64,000 nucleotides of DNA from assembly GCA_965637545.1 (NCBI GenBank), contig OZ281500.1, forward strand, positions 22,010,001-22,074,000, read 5' to 3'. Made by a program: the position numbers and the translations under genes. Source of the DNA: Phallusia mammillata (taxonomy: Eukaryota). How positions within the stretch are numbered: position 1 is the first letter of the stretch; every line of letters starts with the position of its first letter. The notes under the pieces are model-generated. The model saw only the letters and a program-made list of their open reading frames with translations, made no database searches and had not been told where the DNA came from. Positions 25,089 through 37,644 of the stretch are shown one piece after another.

Positions 25089-25882
25089 TTTTCTGCTTTA
25101 GATTTAGGCATTTTTGTATGAAAAAACTGGGCAACAAACACAATTGGTAAGCCACAATGAGCAAAAGCTTAAGATCATTATTGTCAGCTGGCACAACTAC
25201 ACCGCTGTTCAATACCCCAACAAAAAAAAAAAGCTTTTGTTTGTTTTCGGGTGTATTAGATTTCATTTTACAGATGTTGGGTGTGTATTGTTTTCGCAAT
25301 TTTTACCTTGTCCCAACATTTCAGCTAAATGTGTTATATTGCTGGCAAAGCCATTGTCATTAAATTCACTTCTAACGTATATTTAGACTGTTTTATGAAG
25401 AACAGGTACAAAGCATAAATCATTTATGCTTTATACTTTGTACCTCTAAATATACTACTGATAAGAAGCAGAATCTTTTTTACATTCTATTGTCTGCGGG
25501 AGATTCCTTAGGTGACAAAAGTTTTTCAGCATAATTGGGATTTGGGATTTAGAATTTGTGTGAAACAACTAAACGCCATTTTTTAGTGGGAATGGGTTTA
25601 GTGTCTTGTTGTTGACACTGCGTTTGACAAGGCATAAAAATTAAAAAAAAGGAAAATAGCTTTTAGTTTTAATAACCCACAACAGATTTACATTACATAC
25701 GTATTGAAAAAAATACAATAAAGGGGGTTTCAGGCGTTTGAAACGGACTAAAATATGTTAACTATGTAGCTAAGACAATCTAAAGAGAATTTCCCAAAGC
25801 GAAAAGAACCATACGAAAATAAGTTCCACAAAAATTTATTTTTAAGCGCTGTGATAACATCAGCGTAAGCATGAACTGCAGT

Positions 25883-26626
25883 CTACGGTTTCACGTCATA
25901 CATATGGCTGGGATCAGGTTCACTTTTGCGCTTCTTTTCCAACGGTTTATCTGTAAAAACATCAACCACGACTTTAGGCTTATACCAACGATGTTCTCAA
26001 ATACTCCAAGTTCAATACCTTCATTTTTGCTGTGTTTATTTTTTCTCTTACTTTTCTCCTTGACTTTTACGTCTTGATATTTTTGCTCCTCCAGGGCAAC
26101 TTGTTGTTCTGTTGGAAAGCTTCTGTACGTTGAACAGTATGCAAATAAATTCGTAATGACAGCGAGAAATTTTCACACTGATTAAACGTTGGTTTAATTG
26201 CTTACGTGTATTGTTTTGTCTTACAGTATAAGACACAAATTTTAATTGGTTCTCTTACCTTACTGGGGTTGGATCACTTTCATGGTTCCTGGTTTCGTCG
26301 CCTAAAACTTTTACCGATTTGCCGTTGTTTTCTGTTGTAAATTTACTATCGTTCCAGTTTATCAATTCAACTTCCACCTGAGATAGTGTTCCCATCTTTT
26401 CCAGCACCCGAAATAGATAAAGTCTTCTGTTGTCCCAACTGTAATAGTACTTGTCATGTATTGCAACTTTGATATTATCGAGCGCACCGTTAATGGATAT
26501 TTCGCCTGCTGCTATACTGTCTATCATCTTATTAACGTTGCGATTCTCGTGCATCTCACTATTTATGGTGGCCTGAGTAAACCTAATGTTTGACGGTTTT
26601 AACCAGATCGTATCCCCGACAGACAT
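25883..26626 (-). CDS. PB9: ParB/Srx-fold domain (YSWDNRRL) + short basic tail with KKRK (~179 aa)
   Basis: Exons 26626-26259, 26122-26019 (alternative donor after 26052), 25950-25883 (DKPLEKKRKSEPDPSHMYDVKP*); phases 2,1. Confidence 0.7.
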
Positions 26627-26706
26627 CTTGACAAGGTTGTTCACAGATAACTGACAAAATGTCCTTGTTCAATGTACTGAACGGACCGAAGAACCATTGT
26701 TCCTGA

Positions 26707-26717
26707 GGGGAATACCC
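26707..26717. promoter_or_regulatory. kappaB-type site upstream of PB9
   Basis: GGGGAATACCC, 81 bp upstream of ATG 26626. Confidence 0.5.
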
Positions 26718-27512
26718 TTCAACAAAACAATGGATTTATTTACACCCATCTCAAATGACTGTGACTTATCAATACCCTATTACGCTGTCACACCTTCGTG
26801 CTCGCAAAACGTATAGTATACTTGGCGTAGTTTAGTAAAGATTTTATATTCTAAACGTGTCAGCATTTGGAAAAAAGCTGTTAGCAGGTGGAAATAAAAA
26901 AAAAATTAATGACCCTCTAGCAAATGGGACTCATATTTAACGTTGTTTTATTGTTCCTACGATTCGTTGCATAAACCATATCAGTATCCAACAGAACCAA
27001 CAGAAACGTACGCATGTTTTTGTCACATTACTTCCCATTTGTAGCACAATCGTTTTACAAGTTACCTTTTAGATCGAACGTTATATCAACCTCAATAAGC
27101 AAGAAAACAAAATCTTTTTTGGGTAGCAATGATTGTTTCTGTATGCTGTTAAAGCAGAGACGGCAACGTGAAGAATCATATGGAAAAATATCATAATGAT
27201 TGTATTGTAAGTACAAATATTTGGAACATACAGTATACACATACGCAATTACACGTACAATATCAGTTGTTAATTTAAAACTCTGTCATAGACGGCAGAT
27301 GCAGAGAGGCGGTCACAATGCAAAACGCTATGTACTTAAATACTCCGTTCAATTTTATGCTCGAAAAACCATTTAGTGATGCATGCAACCTTTTTTTCCA
27401 AAAAAATACGAGGAATGTCACAGACAAATACCCAGTCAAGCATTGCGTGTGTTCATTTTGGTGCTGGATGTAAAGTGATTACTGTTGAAATTAACATTTT
27501 GCATGTTCAGCA

Positions 27513-29359
27513 ATGCTTTGGTTGGCACCATCGAATATTCGGTTTACCCAAGACTCCATCGATAGTTTTTTATATGGTTGTCGATATATCCACACGATTA
27601 TAGACGATATAGCATCAGGAAAACTGTGGATAGAAACTGCCTTTGACAACATCAGAGTTGCAAAACGTGATGGAAAGTATTACAGTTTGGACAATAGAAG
27701 ACTTTACATATTTCGTGTGTTGGAAAAGATGGGTAAATTGAGACATGTGGAAGTAAAAATGACCAATCGTTGGAACAGTGAGAAGTTTACAACACTAGAC
27801 GACGGCTATTCGATTGAAGTTAGAGATGATTGCACCAGGGACCACACCTTTGAGAACCTTCTTCCACCGCGCAGGTAAAATCCAAATTATTCAAAATGCG
27901 GCGTTCGTTTTTCATGTCTCATACAAGTGTTGGTAAGTAATACAATTAGGCGGTTATATTTTAGGTTTTTTATTGTTGGTGACAATTATGCTACAGTAAC
28001 GTTTTTGCATTTTTCGCATGTTATGGTCAGATTGTAAAGTTGACGTCTTGCTTTACAGTACGCCAATGAAAACGGAAAAGAAAGCCGAAGTCAATACGAC
28101 AAAAGTGGAAGAAATTTGCAATGACAAAAGTAAGTCTCATTCAGTCAGATTGCACATCTATGGGCACAGTGTCTAAAACCTGTTTAAGCAAATTTCACGC
28201 GTAAAGAAACTAAACTTGCATTGAAACGCTCCATAAAAAGCTAGTTTCAACAAACGAAACATGGGATAGGTTAGTTACGATAATAAAAAGTTTTCATAAC
28301 AAACCAGGCGTCGCGGTGGATAATGCTGCGGCTTCATTGGATCGGAAAGAGCCATTTTTCGCCAAACAGATTGAACACAGCGAAATCATTGAAGATGAAT
28401 TGAATGCAGCATCAGGGAACAAAACGGTTGAATGTACAGAAAACAAACCAAGTGACGTTGACAACGAATCGGGCTCTTTTAAAGAAAATAAAGCGAGTAA
28501 TGTCACAGGAAACGAAGTAAGTGAAATTAAAGAGAAAAAAACTGCTGCAACTACGGAGAGCGCCCATGATATAGCCAAGGAGGGGAAACATAATGATGCC
28601 ATAAAAAACGAACCTGATAAATTGTCAGTGGACAAACTCGACGGGAGTGCAGAAAATACAGTAGGTGAAAAGGTTACGAAAATCGAGCAAGATACATTTA
28701 CGCTTCAAGATAATAAACAAGTAAAGTTCGCGGTAATTGAATCTGCATCCGAATTAGAACCGGTTCCAGTTGCAAAAAGCATACTGCACGAATTCACAAA
28801 AAACAAACCGGACATAGTTTTAGATAAAGAGGACCAACAAGTTTGCGACTCCCTGGAATCGGATACAAACTTCCAGAAATCGGAACCAGATTCTTTGGAA
28901 ACTGCTAAGGAACCTCAGAATTCGGACATAAACTTCCAGGAAACGGCTGAAAACCTCTACAAATTGAATAGTAACTTTCAAAAATTGGCTAAAAACCCAC
29001 ACAAATCAGAAGAAAACATACATGAAAATTTACTGGATTCGGATAAAAACTCACAGGAGTCTAAGGAAAACCTACATGAAACGAATGAGAACCTTCAGGA
29101 ACCGGATAATATCCCGTTGGAACCGGATGCAATCCAAACGACTGAACCGGATATTGTAACTATTACGACTAAAATTAGTCAAAAATGCTTTGAGCTAAAC
29201 AAAGTGCAAACCTTCATAGATAATAGTGCAACCTGTTTGGTATTCGATGGTAAAGAGTCTGCTGACGTAGATGGCTTAGAGAGCTCCGTCACCGAGTTTG
29301 AAAAAAATGATGACGGATCGCCAGAAGCAAAACGGAGAAAAATTTGCTACGAAGATTAG
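27513..29359 (+). CDS. PB10: ParB/Srx-fold domain + acidic disordered region + C-terminal NLS PEAKRRK (~494 aa)
   Basis: Exons 27513-27874, 28059-28129, 28308-29359; phases 2,1; total 1485 nt. Confidence 0.8.
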
Positions 29360-29686
29360 TTAAAGTGACTTATCAAATCTCTATGTAGTTATTCTTGTAC
29401 ATACATGTTATTTGTAGAGGTTTTGTATAGCATTGCCAGTTTAACGTGTATATAGGCCCAATTTATCGCGTACCTAATGATCAGTTGCACTGATATGATT
29501 TATTTTGCTGAGGAAAAGAGCGCGTGACGAAATAATAGCAATAACCATAGAAATATGCCCGGGTTTGCCGCCCCTTAACAGCCATAGCGAAACAGAACAG
29601 TGCACACCTTGATTGCCTCGCCCACAGCTACGCCTCAAAACACATTAAAACCCATTTTGTGACGGTCGAACTCCCGTTTCGGTGTC

Positions 29687-29697
29687 GGGTATTTCCC
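29687..29697. promoter_or_regulatory. kappaB-type site upstream of PB11
   Basis: GGGTATTTCCC (reverse complement GGGAAATACCC), 110 bp upstream of ATG 29807. Confidence 0.5.
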
Positions 29698-29806
29698 TTT
29701 GAAAACAAAAAAGGACGAGCAATGTCACAGACAAATACGCAGTGATTTAGTTAGTTCACTCGTTATGTTTCAAAGACGGTTGGATTTTGGTAGTTTGGCG
29801 AATAAT

Positions 29807-31516
29807 ATGGTTTGGCTGGCACCATCGCAAATTAGATTTACCCAGGACACTATTAATCGTGAATTATACGGTCATCTGAATGTTAACGATATGATAGATG
29901 ACATAGCGGCCGGCAGAAAGTCAGTTACAACCGAGTTCGAAAACATCAAAGTTGCAGAACGTGATGGAAAGTATTACAGTTTGGACAACAGAAGATTGTA
30001 CATCTTTCGTGTATTGCAAAAGATCAGAAAGCTAGAACGTGTGGAAGTAATTATGAGTCCTTGGAACAGTGGGAAGTTTACAACAAAAAACGACGGCTAT
30101 TCGATTAAGGTTTTAAGAGATAGGACTAGATTTCACACTTTTGACAACCTTTTGCCTCCACCAAGGTAAAAATGTTTAAAATGTCCCTTAAACATTTTTG
30201 TGTTCGTCTGATTTAAACGGGTGTCTTACTTGCTTTGCAGTACGGCAGTAAAATTTGAGAACAACGTTAGCAATGACGGTACAAGACCCGAAAAGCGCAA
30301 AATGGAACAAAAAACGATTGTCAATAGTGAGTCGAAATCAGTCGAACATACTGTGTACATAGATGTTAATTGCACTCATTTTAATTTCACTAACTGAAGG
30401 CACTAACCTTACACCAAAACGGTCCATAAATAGCCTGGTTTTGACGTACTTAAAATGGGATAGGTTTGTTACGATATTAAAAATGTTTTTTGAACCAAAC
30501 CAGGCGTCGCGTTGAAGAGAGGTGCGGTCCCACAGGAGTGGAAAAAGACGATTGTCGCCCATCAGACAATCGAACGCAGCGAGATCATTACAAATGAATT
30601 GATTGCTACATCGGGGAACAAAACGGTTGAATCCTTAGATAACAAGCCAAGTGATGCCAATACCGAATTGGTTACAATCAGAGAAAACGAAGCAAGTTAT
30701 GTCACAAGCAGCAAAGCGAGTAAAATTACAACGAATGAAGGTACGGATTCTACAGAAGACATGGCTGCTGCATTTGGAAAAGGAGCTGTTGAAATACAGG
30801 ACGTCCCAGATATATCCAACGAGAGGAATTTAAATTATGCCATAAATGACGAACCGGGTAAAATGGCAGTTGGTGAGCTAGATGCCACTACCGAAGACAA
30901 ACAAGGTGATGACGTCACCAAGGAAGAACCGGATATGCTCACTGCTAAAGAGAACGAACTGGTAAAGGCCAAGACATATAAATCTATATCCGCAAAGTTG
31001 GAACCGGTTCCGGCTTCGAAAAGCGAACTTCATGAATCCATAGAGAAAGAACCGGGTACAGATGCAGATAAAGAGAACAAACAAATTTGCGTCTCCAAGG
31101 ATTCGGATACAAACTGCCAGGAATCGGGTGAAAACTTCCAGGAATCGGATATAAACTTTCAGGAATCGGATAAAAACTCTCAGAAGTCAAAGGTAAACGC
31201 ACAGGAAACAAACGAGAGCCTTCAGGAGCCAGATAAAACCCACCTGGAACCGGATCAAAACTTCCAGGAATTGGATGTAAACCCACACGAACCGGATGCA
31301 ATCATAACACATAGTCCGAAGATTACACCAACTATGGCTGAATTTACAGAAAAATACAGTGAGTTTAACAAAGTGGAAATGGTGATGGATAACAGTAGAA
31401 CCCGTTTTTCATCCAGTAATGATGTTTCAGCTAACGTAGATATGTCCAAGAGTTCTGTCACCAAGTTGGAAAGAAATGATGACGGACAGCCAGCAAAAAA
31501 ACGTACAAAAATTTGA
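29807..31516 (+). CDS. PB11: ParB/Srx-fold domain + acidic disordered region + C-terminal NLS PAKKRTK (~485 aa)
   Basis: Exons 29807-30165, 30241-30326, 30504-31516; phases 2,1; total 1458 nt. Confidence 0.8.
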
Positions 31517-32984
31517 AACGAATAATAGCTAAAGTGACATGTCCAAATCTATTGTACATACATGTTACTTCTATAGGCCTGTACTCGTATTATCGCCAAA
31601 TTCTGTATGTATATTAATGATCAATTGTACCGATTTATTTTATTTTGCCTGGCAAAGGATTGCAAGGCGAAAAGTAACAGTAATAAAGTAGAAATACATA
31701 TCGGTGTTGTCTTTAGCCTATTCTGTGCTCCTGTATACATTCCAAACAAAAAAATAACTCTATTTGGGCGAATATGAAAAGATAGCAAAAATGCAACGGA
31801 GAGTTGCGGATGGTAAATAGATTCCAGTGTGGGACTTTCAATAATAATTAACCCAGTATGCCATTGTTGCGGAATTCCACGAATAATAGTTATTTTGGTT
31901 TTATTGCGTCATCTGTTGGTTCACACATTATCTGACAATGGCAATTCAAACAGATTTCAAACCAAAAGTTGATACTTGGCCAACAAACGAATTCGGTGTG
32001 CGTCATTTTTTTGCCTGAATCAGTCAGTTATTTTAAAGATTAGGTTTCGGGCGAAGAGTTCGTTGCGATTCCGCCGAAACCGAATCATTTACGAATACAG
32101 ATTTAAAGCGCACAACATTCCTTTGTCTGCTTTATAAGGTGCCATACAACCTTTAAATTACGCAAGAACAAAATTCGCGCCATCTATTACGATTTTTAAA
32201 ACATTATTGTTTTTGCCCACTCTAGACATAACGTCAATAATTGAAGCAGGCTGGCGAACATGACGTAGGTAACCTTCAAACCTATAGACCTAAAACGAGA
32301 ATTAAACACAATTCTTCTGTAAACATCAATGTTTATCTGGTAGTAAAACATGTGTTTGAAAAACATGTACATGTCAAAGCGTATAGCGAACGGCTTCGCG
32401 TGATATTATGGATGATTTGATTGATTCCGAATTTGCTGGGCTAAAACTACCGAATGTTCGGTTTCGGTGCGCACCCGATTTAGCGGATGCAGGGCATCAC
32501 CACGTCAAATATAAAAAAAAACGTAAATAATTTTGTTGTTGATAGTTTTAAAGCAGTGGAAGAAATTTCTTTTTGTTTTAATTATCACAACAGAACGTTT
32601 GAATTAACAAAAAAAAACAGTTTACAATACTTTTTAAATAAATGTAGACTGGAAAATATCGGAAAGTCAAATGAACGACTGCGTGTTTTAAGCACATTCT
32701 TTCTTAACTATTCCGTCTAATGTTGATTCCCTGTCGTTGCTTAATTAGAACTAACAATGATCGTTTTAACATGTCATTGAGTATGTTTGTGGACACTGTG
32801 GCACAATGCAAAACGTGGCCTAAAGATGGACAAAATAACTTTGTGCAAAGCGGTGGGTGAGTAAAGAGAAGGTTACCAGTTGTTGCTGAAAACGAAACCT
32901 GTACCAATCGCACTCGCGCATTGTTCAGACAAGACACCCTGGGCGAAACCCAATTCACGGTGGTACAACACTTGTTTCGATAAC

Positions 32985-32995
32985 GGGTATTTCCC
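32985..32995. promoter_or_regulatory. kappaB-type site upstream of PB12
   Basis: GGGTATTTCCC, 106 bp upstream of ATG 33101. Confidence 0.5.
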
Positions 32996-33100
32996 TCGAA
33001 AACAAAAAAGGTCAAGCAATACCACAGACACAACATTGTGAACGGTTTAGTTTGTGCGTTGGTGTGTTCTGTGCACTGTTGGGTTATCAACTTGGGCACT

Positions 33101-35382
33101 ATGGTTTGGTTGGCTCCATCACAGATTAGGTTTACCCAGGATACCATCCATTCGGAATTATGGGGTCGCAAAAATGTCAACACAACGATAAACGACATTG
33201 CGTCAGGTTCAAAGTCAGCTTATGATTTCCAAAACATTAAGGTTGCAAAACGTGATGGAAAGTACTACAGCTTGGACAACAGAAGACTTTACGTGTTTCG
33301 GGTGTTGGAAAAGATGGGAAAACTGAAAGAAGTGCCAGTAAATATGACTTCTCTATGGGAGAGTAGTAAGTTTACAACAAAAAACGATGGCTACTCCGTT
33401 GAAGTTAGAGATGGTTCCACTCGGGATCACACCTTTGAGAATCTTCTTCCACCACCTAGGTAAAAAATTAGTTTTAATGAACGTATCGGCTACTAATATA
33501 TGAAACTGAATACACCTGTTACTTGAGTAAAATATAAATATATATTATTGCTCATACTAAAGCAAATTGGAACATTACGTGTTTACATGTCTTTGTTAAA
33601 CTTTAGATGTTTGTGATTGTTATTGTTAATCATTTTGCAACTTAGTACAAAAACATATGATATGTAAGTGTAAAGATGTATCTTTGTGTGCTCGCGGGCT
33701 TTGGTTAACGCATGTCTGTTACTCCCAAGCTTTCCTTGTTTTAAAACAGTTGATTAAAACATTGTGCTTGATACGTTTTATTTAAGCGGGAACGTAATTA
33801 TTATTGGGAACAACACTAAGGTATTCATGCCAGACAACGGCAAACTCATTCATACGTATCTCGCCTACGTTGTGCCTCACGGAAGTGGTGACAAGCTTGT
33901 TTGCATCCTTAAGCAGACGCGACGTAACATAATAGTGACTCTTTGTGTTGCAGTCCACCAGCAAAAGAGGAAAGCGTAATTGACAATGACAGCACTGAAA
34001 CCAGTTCACTGAACAGCGAAAAAAACTGCAATAACGAAAGTGAGTTGGTCCAGTTTTATGGGGTTAAACATTTGGAGGCATGGGCGCCGGCACATAGGGG
34101 CGAGAGGGGCATGCCTATGTGTACATAATTAATTAATACATTAATCTCTCCATGTAATTAATAATTTGTCAAAATTTGTCCGCCTTCTTGGAAAAGATTC
34201 TGCCGGCGCCCTTGTTTGCTATTCCAAAGGACAGACCCTGTTTAAACACACATTAATTGGGGCCTTTCATATAGTTCCTGCCTAAATAAATCATAAGTAG
34301 ATCGCTTTAAACTTACTTAAATTTGGATATAAACTTATGTTAGGTATTTTGTGTTTTTAATCATACCAGGCGTCACTGTGAAGATCAGTACGGAGCATAA
34401 TGATGAAAACGGGCTAAGTGTGGTCGAGAACAGCGTAACCAAAAATGATGACTCTGACAAAGTGAATGAGAACAACATTGGTGAAACCATTGAAAACGAG
34501 TCCAGTGGTGTTACCGAAGAAGTCGAAGCGAACCTTATTGCGGATAAAGAAGCAAGTGAAACTGCAGTAAACCGAGAGGTCATTGTTGCAGAAGTTAAAA
34601 CAGTTGGATTTGAAAAGGGATCAGTAACAGAAAGCGATTTACACGAAGCAAGAGAGAGTCGACTGACTGATGTCATTGAAAACGAACCAGATAAACTGCC
34701 AACGAATCAAATCAGTGAAATTGCAAAAGGGAATCCAAATAAGATAATGGCAGACGAACCGGGTGGAGTTAAAGAGGACGAACCGGATGCTACTGGAGAA
34801 AACCAACCAGAGAAGGCCACGTTAATGGAACCTGAATCCACAGAGTCGAAATCAGAGCCAGACACGAAAGGTAAATCGCATGAAGCAATTAATAACGAAC
34901 CGGGAACAAGTGCAAATTCAAAAAAAATCAATAATGGCGTTGTAGAATCGGAAGGAATTTATGTGGCTTTGGATGAAAAATTCGGAAAATCTGATAAAAA
35001 CTTCCAGAAATCGGAGCAGAAAAACACAAAGGGATCGGACGAAAGTTGCAAAGAATCTGATATAAGCATCTCAGGTTTATATGATAACTTTCAAGGATCG
35101 GGTAACAGCTTCCAGGCTGCGGATGAAAACTTTAAAGAACAGAATGAAAGCAGTGAGGAGCCAGATGCCAATAATCAGATGCCGGATCTTTTCACATTAC
35201 TGGGCATTAAAAAGAAGATAGCAAGTATTGTAATTGAAAATGGAAAATATTATGTACTAGGCGAGGGTGAATCCCCTAGTGACCTAGATGATTCTACTGG
35301 CACCGTCACTGTGTGGAAAAGAAAAGATGAGAATTGCTCTCCTCCAGCAGCAAAGCGAAGAAAAACTGATGATGATTATTAG
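33101..35382 (+). CDS. PB12: ParB/Srx-fold domain + acidic disordered region + C-terminal NLS PAAKRRK (~485 aa)
   Basis: Exons 33101-33459, 33954-34039, 34370-35382; phases 2,1; total 1458 nt. Confidence 0.8.
34079..34214. mobile_element. Small TIR element in PB12 intron 2
   Basis: CATGGGCGCCGGCA ... TGCCGGCGCCCTTG; no clear TSD. Confidence 0.45.
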
Positions 35383-35825
35383 CTCAAGTAACTGTGGATT
35401 TGTTCTTGTAAATACGCTCTACATTTCGAAGCCCAAGTTGCAAATAATTGAAAGAAGTCTTGAACTAGTAGTATTGTGTAACTATGAGACTTTGCTGAAC
35501 AATTACACTTATGTTTTTGTTTTAAATTATTTGTAGCATTGTATTTCTGTAAGATTTTGCCGAACAACAACACTTTAAACAAGTTTTGAATTAGTTGTAG
35601 TATTGTGTAATGGTGAGATTTGCTGAACATTTACACTGATGTCTTGCGATTCCGCTTTAAACCTTAGTGGTATGTTTTCTTTTCTAAATCGTTTTCATTT
35701 TGTTTGTGTGAAATTTTTGGGGACATTTGTCTTTATCACCACTTAGATGCCGACCAAAAGTAGTGAAGTTCTTTGAAACTAGTCAATCTCTGAGAGGTCT
35801 GTATTGTTGAAAGCAAAACCCTTTG

Positions 35826-35990
35826 TAACGTTTAGCCACCGATTATTGTGCGATGGTTACAGCACCCTGCGACAACAAAGAGTGGTGATACTTTGGTTTC
35901 GCGATTGGGGCTTCCCCAAGTCCACGTGATCTTTTGTGACGTTTCAGGTTTACAAGGTCGGCGCTTTAAAAGTGACGTTGCATATCCAAA
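35826..35990. repeat. ~170-200-bp conserved element; further copies at ~40340, ~44560, ~51345, ~58350
   Basis: Core TTTAGCCAC[CT]GATTATTGTGCG..CACCCTGCG..GGTGATACTTTGGTTTCGCG in five copies; boundaries approximate. Confidence 0.7.
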
Positions 35991-37644
35991 TAAGGGCATT
36001 CATTCCATTGATATTAAATGAGTTTATTTAAATGAGTTCAAGTGCAAAACGGATTTTACAAATAGTACGAACAACCATCGGTACGCATACACTTTTTTAG
36101 CGATATTCTATGGACAAAATCTGGATAGAAATATTTATTCCGATGACAGTAATTTAAAGTTGTAACATACAATTTTTGAAACTATAAATTGCAAAAACTA
36201 CCAAGAAACATTTTGAAAATACGAAGTACGAAAATCAATTTTACGAAATAATGCAACATTCTATTTTGTTACGAGGTGTAAAATTGGGTAACCTGGGCTT
36301 TGTAAAGTTAATGTCGACATCTGATCTTGGCTGAGCTGGAATAAAACTTTCATTGCCAGTCACAAACGAGTTCCTCGACCCCTTCTTCCTGTATATTTAA
36401 CAAATATAGCCTATGTTTCCCTACAGTTTGTTAAAGTTAAATGTATTAATCCCACAGCAACGTTAGAGGTTTGGTACTGGTGTCAGTAAGAAAACTATGG
36501 TCAAATCAAAAGCACTACAAAACTTAGCTTAGACTATTTAAAACGTTCAGCTTAAATTCTGCTGGATTATTATTAATATTACTTTACATCAGTTTTTTGG
36601 ACCAATCCTGGCCCCACAAGAGGTGGGTGCAGCCGGTGCGCTACACTAGAGCACATAACAGTCTAAGGTTCCCTATCTTATTGGTTCTAAGAATATCTAT
36701 TGTTTCTGTTTCTGTAAAGCTGAACCATTTTGGTGTAATTGCTCAGTTTTGTATTTTGGCTTTCTCTTTTCATATAAATGAGGGCCAATCGAGTTATGGC
36801 CAGTCTTCAAATGGGGGCAAAAAATGTCAAGCAACAACACATGTTTTCCCCTCCAGGGCTCTGGATCAAGATAAACAACCTTGATTATACTTAGTATATC
36901 TCTACACCGCCCAGATGCAGTGATGGAAGAACCACCACTTTTCAGCGGAACGATCTGGTTTTTATCCCGAAATATTACCCTCAATTATAACTAAGCAACA
37001 GAAATAAAAACCGGAATCGAAGACTACGTCAAAAAACTATACACGGATCAGTTTATAAGTTTAATGAGGAAAAACGGCCAAAATAGACATAAAAGCGACA
37101 TACTTTATTATTCAAACTTTCGGCAAATACATGCTATCATCATTGATTTTGCGTCAATTAGGGCCGTTGAGAGTACGAACCATACTCAGGTTTCTAGCAG
37201 AAAGCTGTTCCGACAATATTTTTTACCCGTTTGGCTTTTTTACCACTGCCAAGATGTCATTTGAGCGTCCTATATCATTTTCATATACCGTTGTTAAATT
37301 TTATCCCTATGTTCTTTTGACCAAAGGTGTGTCTAATTTTTGACGTAATCTTCACTAAGATAATCTACCTTAGTTGTGGAGAATTCATGGTACGGTCTCT
37401 TGAAGTTGCTGAGATATTTTGCGAACTTCCAAGCTTGTAAATGTGTTCTTCATGCTTGCACTTTCTAACAGAGGCGCTGTAAGCTTCGTTGTACGTTTTC
37501 AGTGTGCTGCATTGACAGTAAAACACAAGAAACTTTAATTCTTACGTGTTGGGCAATTTATGCAAATAGGGCATATGTCGTATCCAGAAATTAAAAAAAT
37601 AATAATGTGGCGGAATTGGGAAAACGCACAATTGCACAAAAGCC

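Noticed and set aside
26048-26236. ORF-track frame as PB9 exon 2 through a 39-nt intron
   Set aside because: The intron is implausibly short and that frame exits in phase 2; the acceptor at 26122 gives a phase-2/1 exon matching the paralogue pattern.
36697-36984. ORF with RGKHVLLLD..TG resembling a phosphoribosyltransferase or Walker-B segment
   Set aside because: Only a few residues match, TTG start, and no supporting splice structure; a tBLASTn search would be needed.
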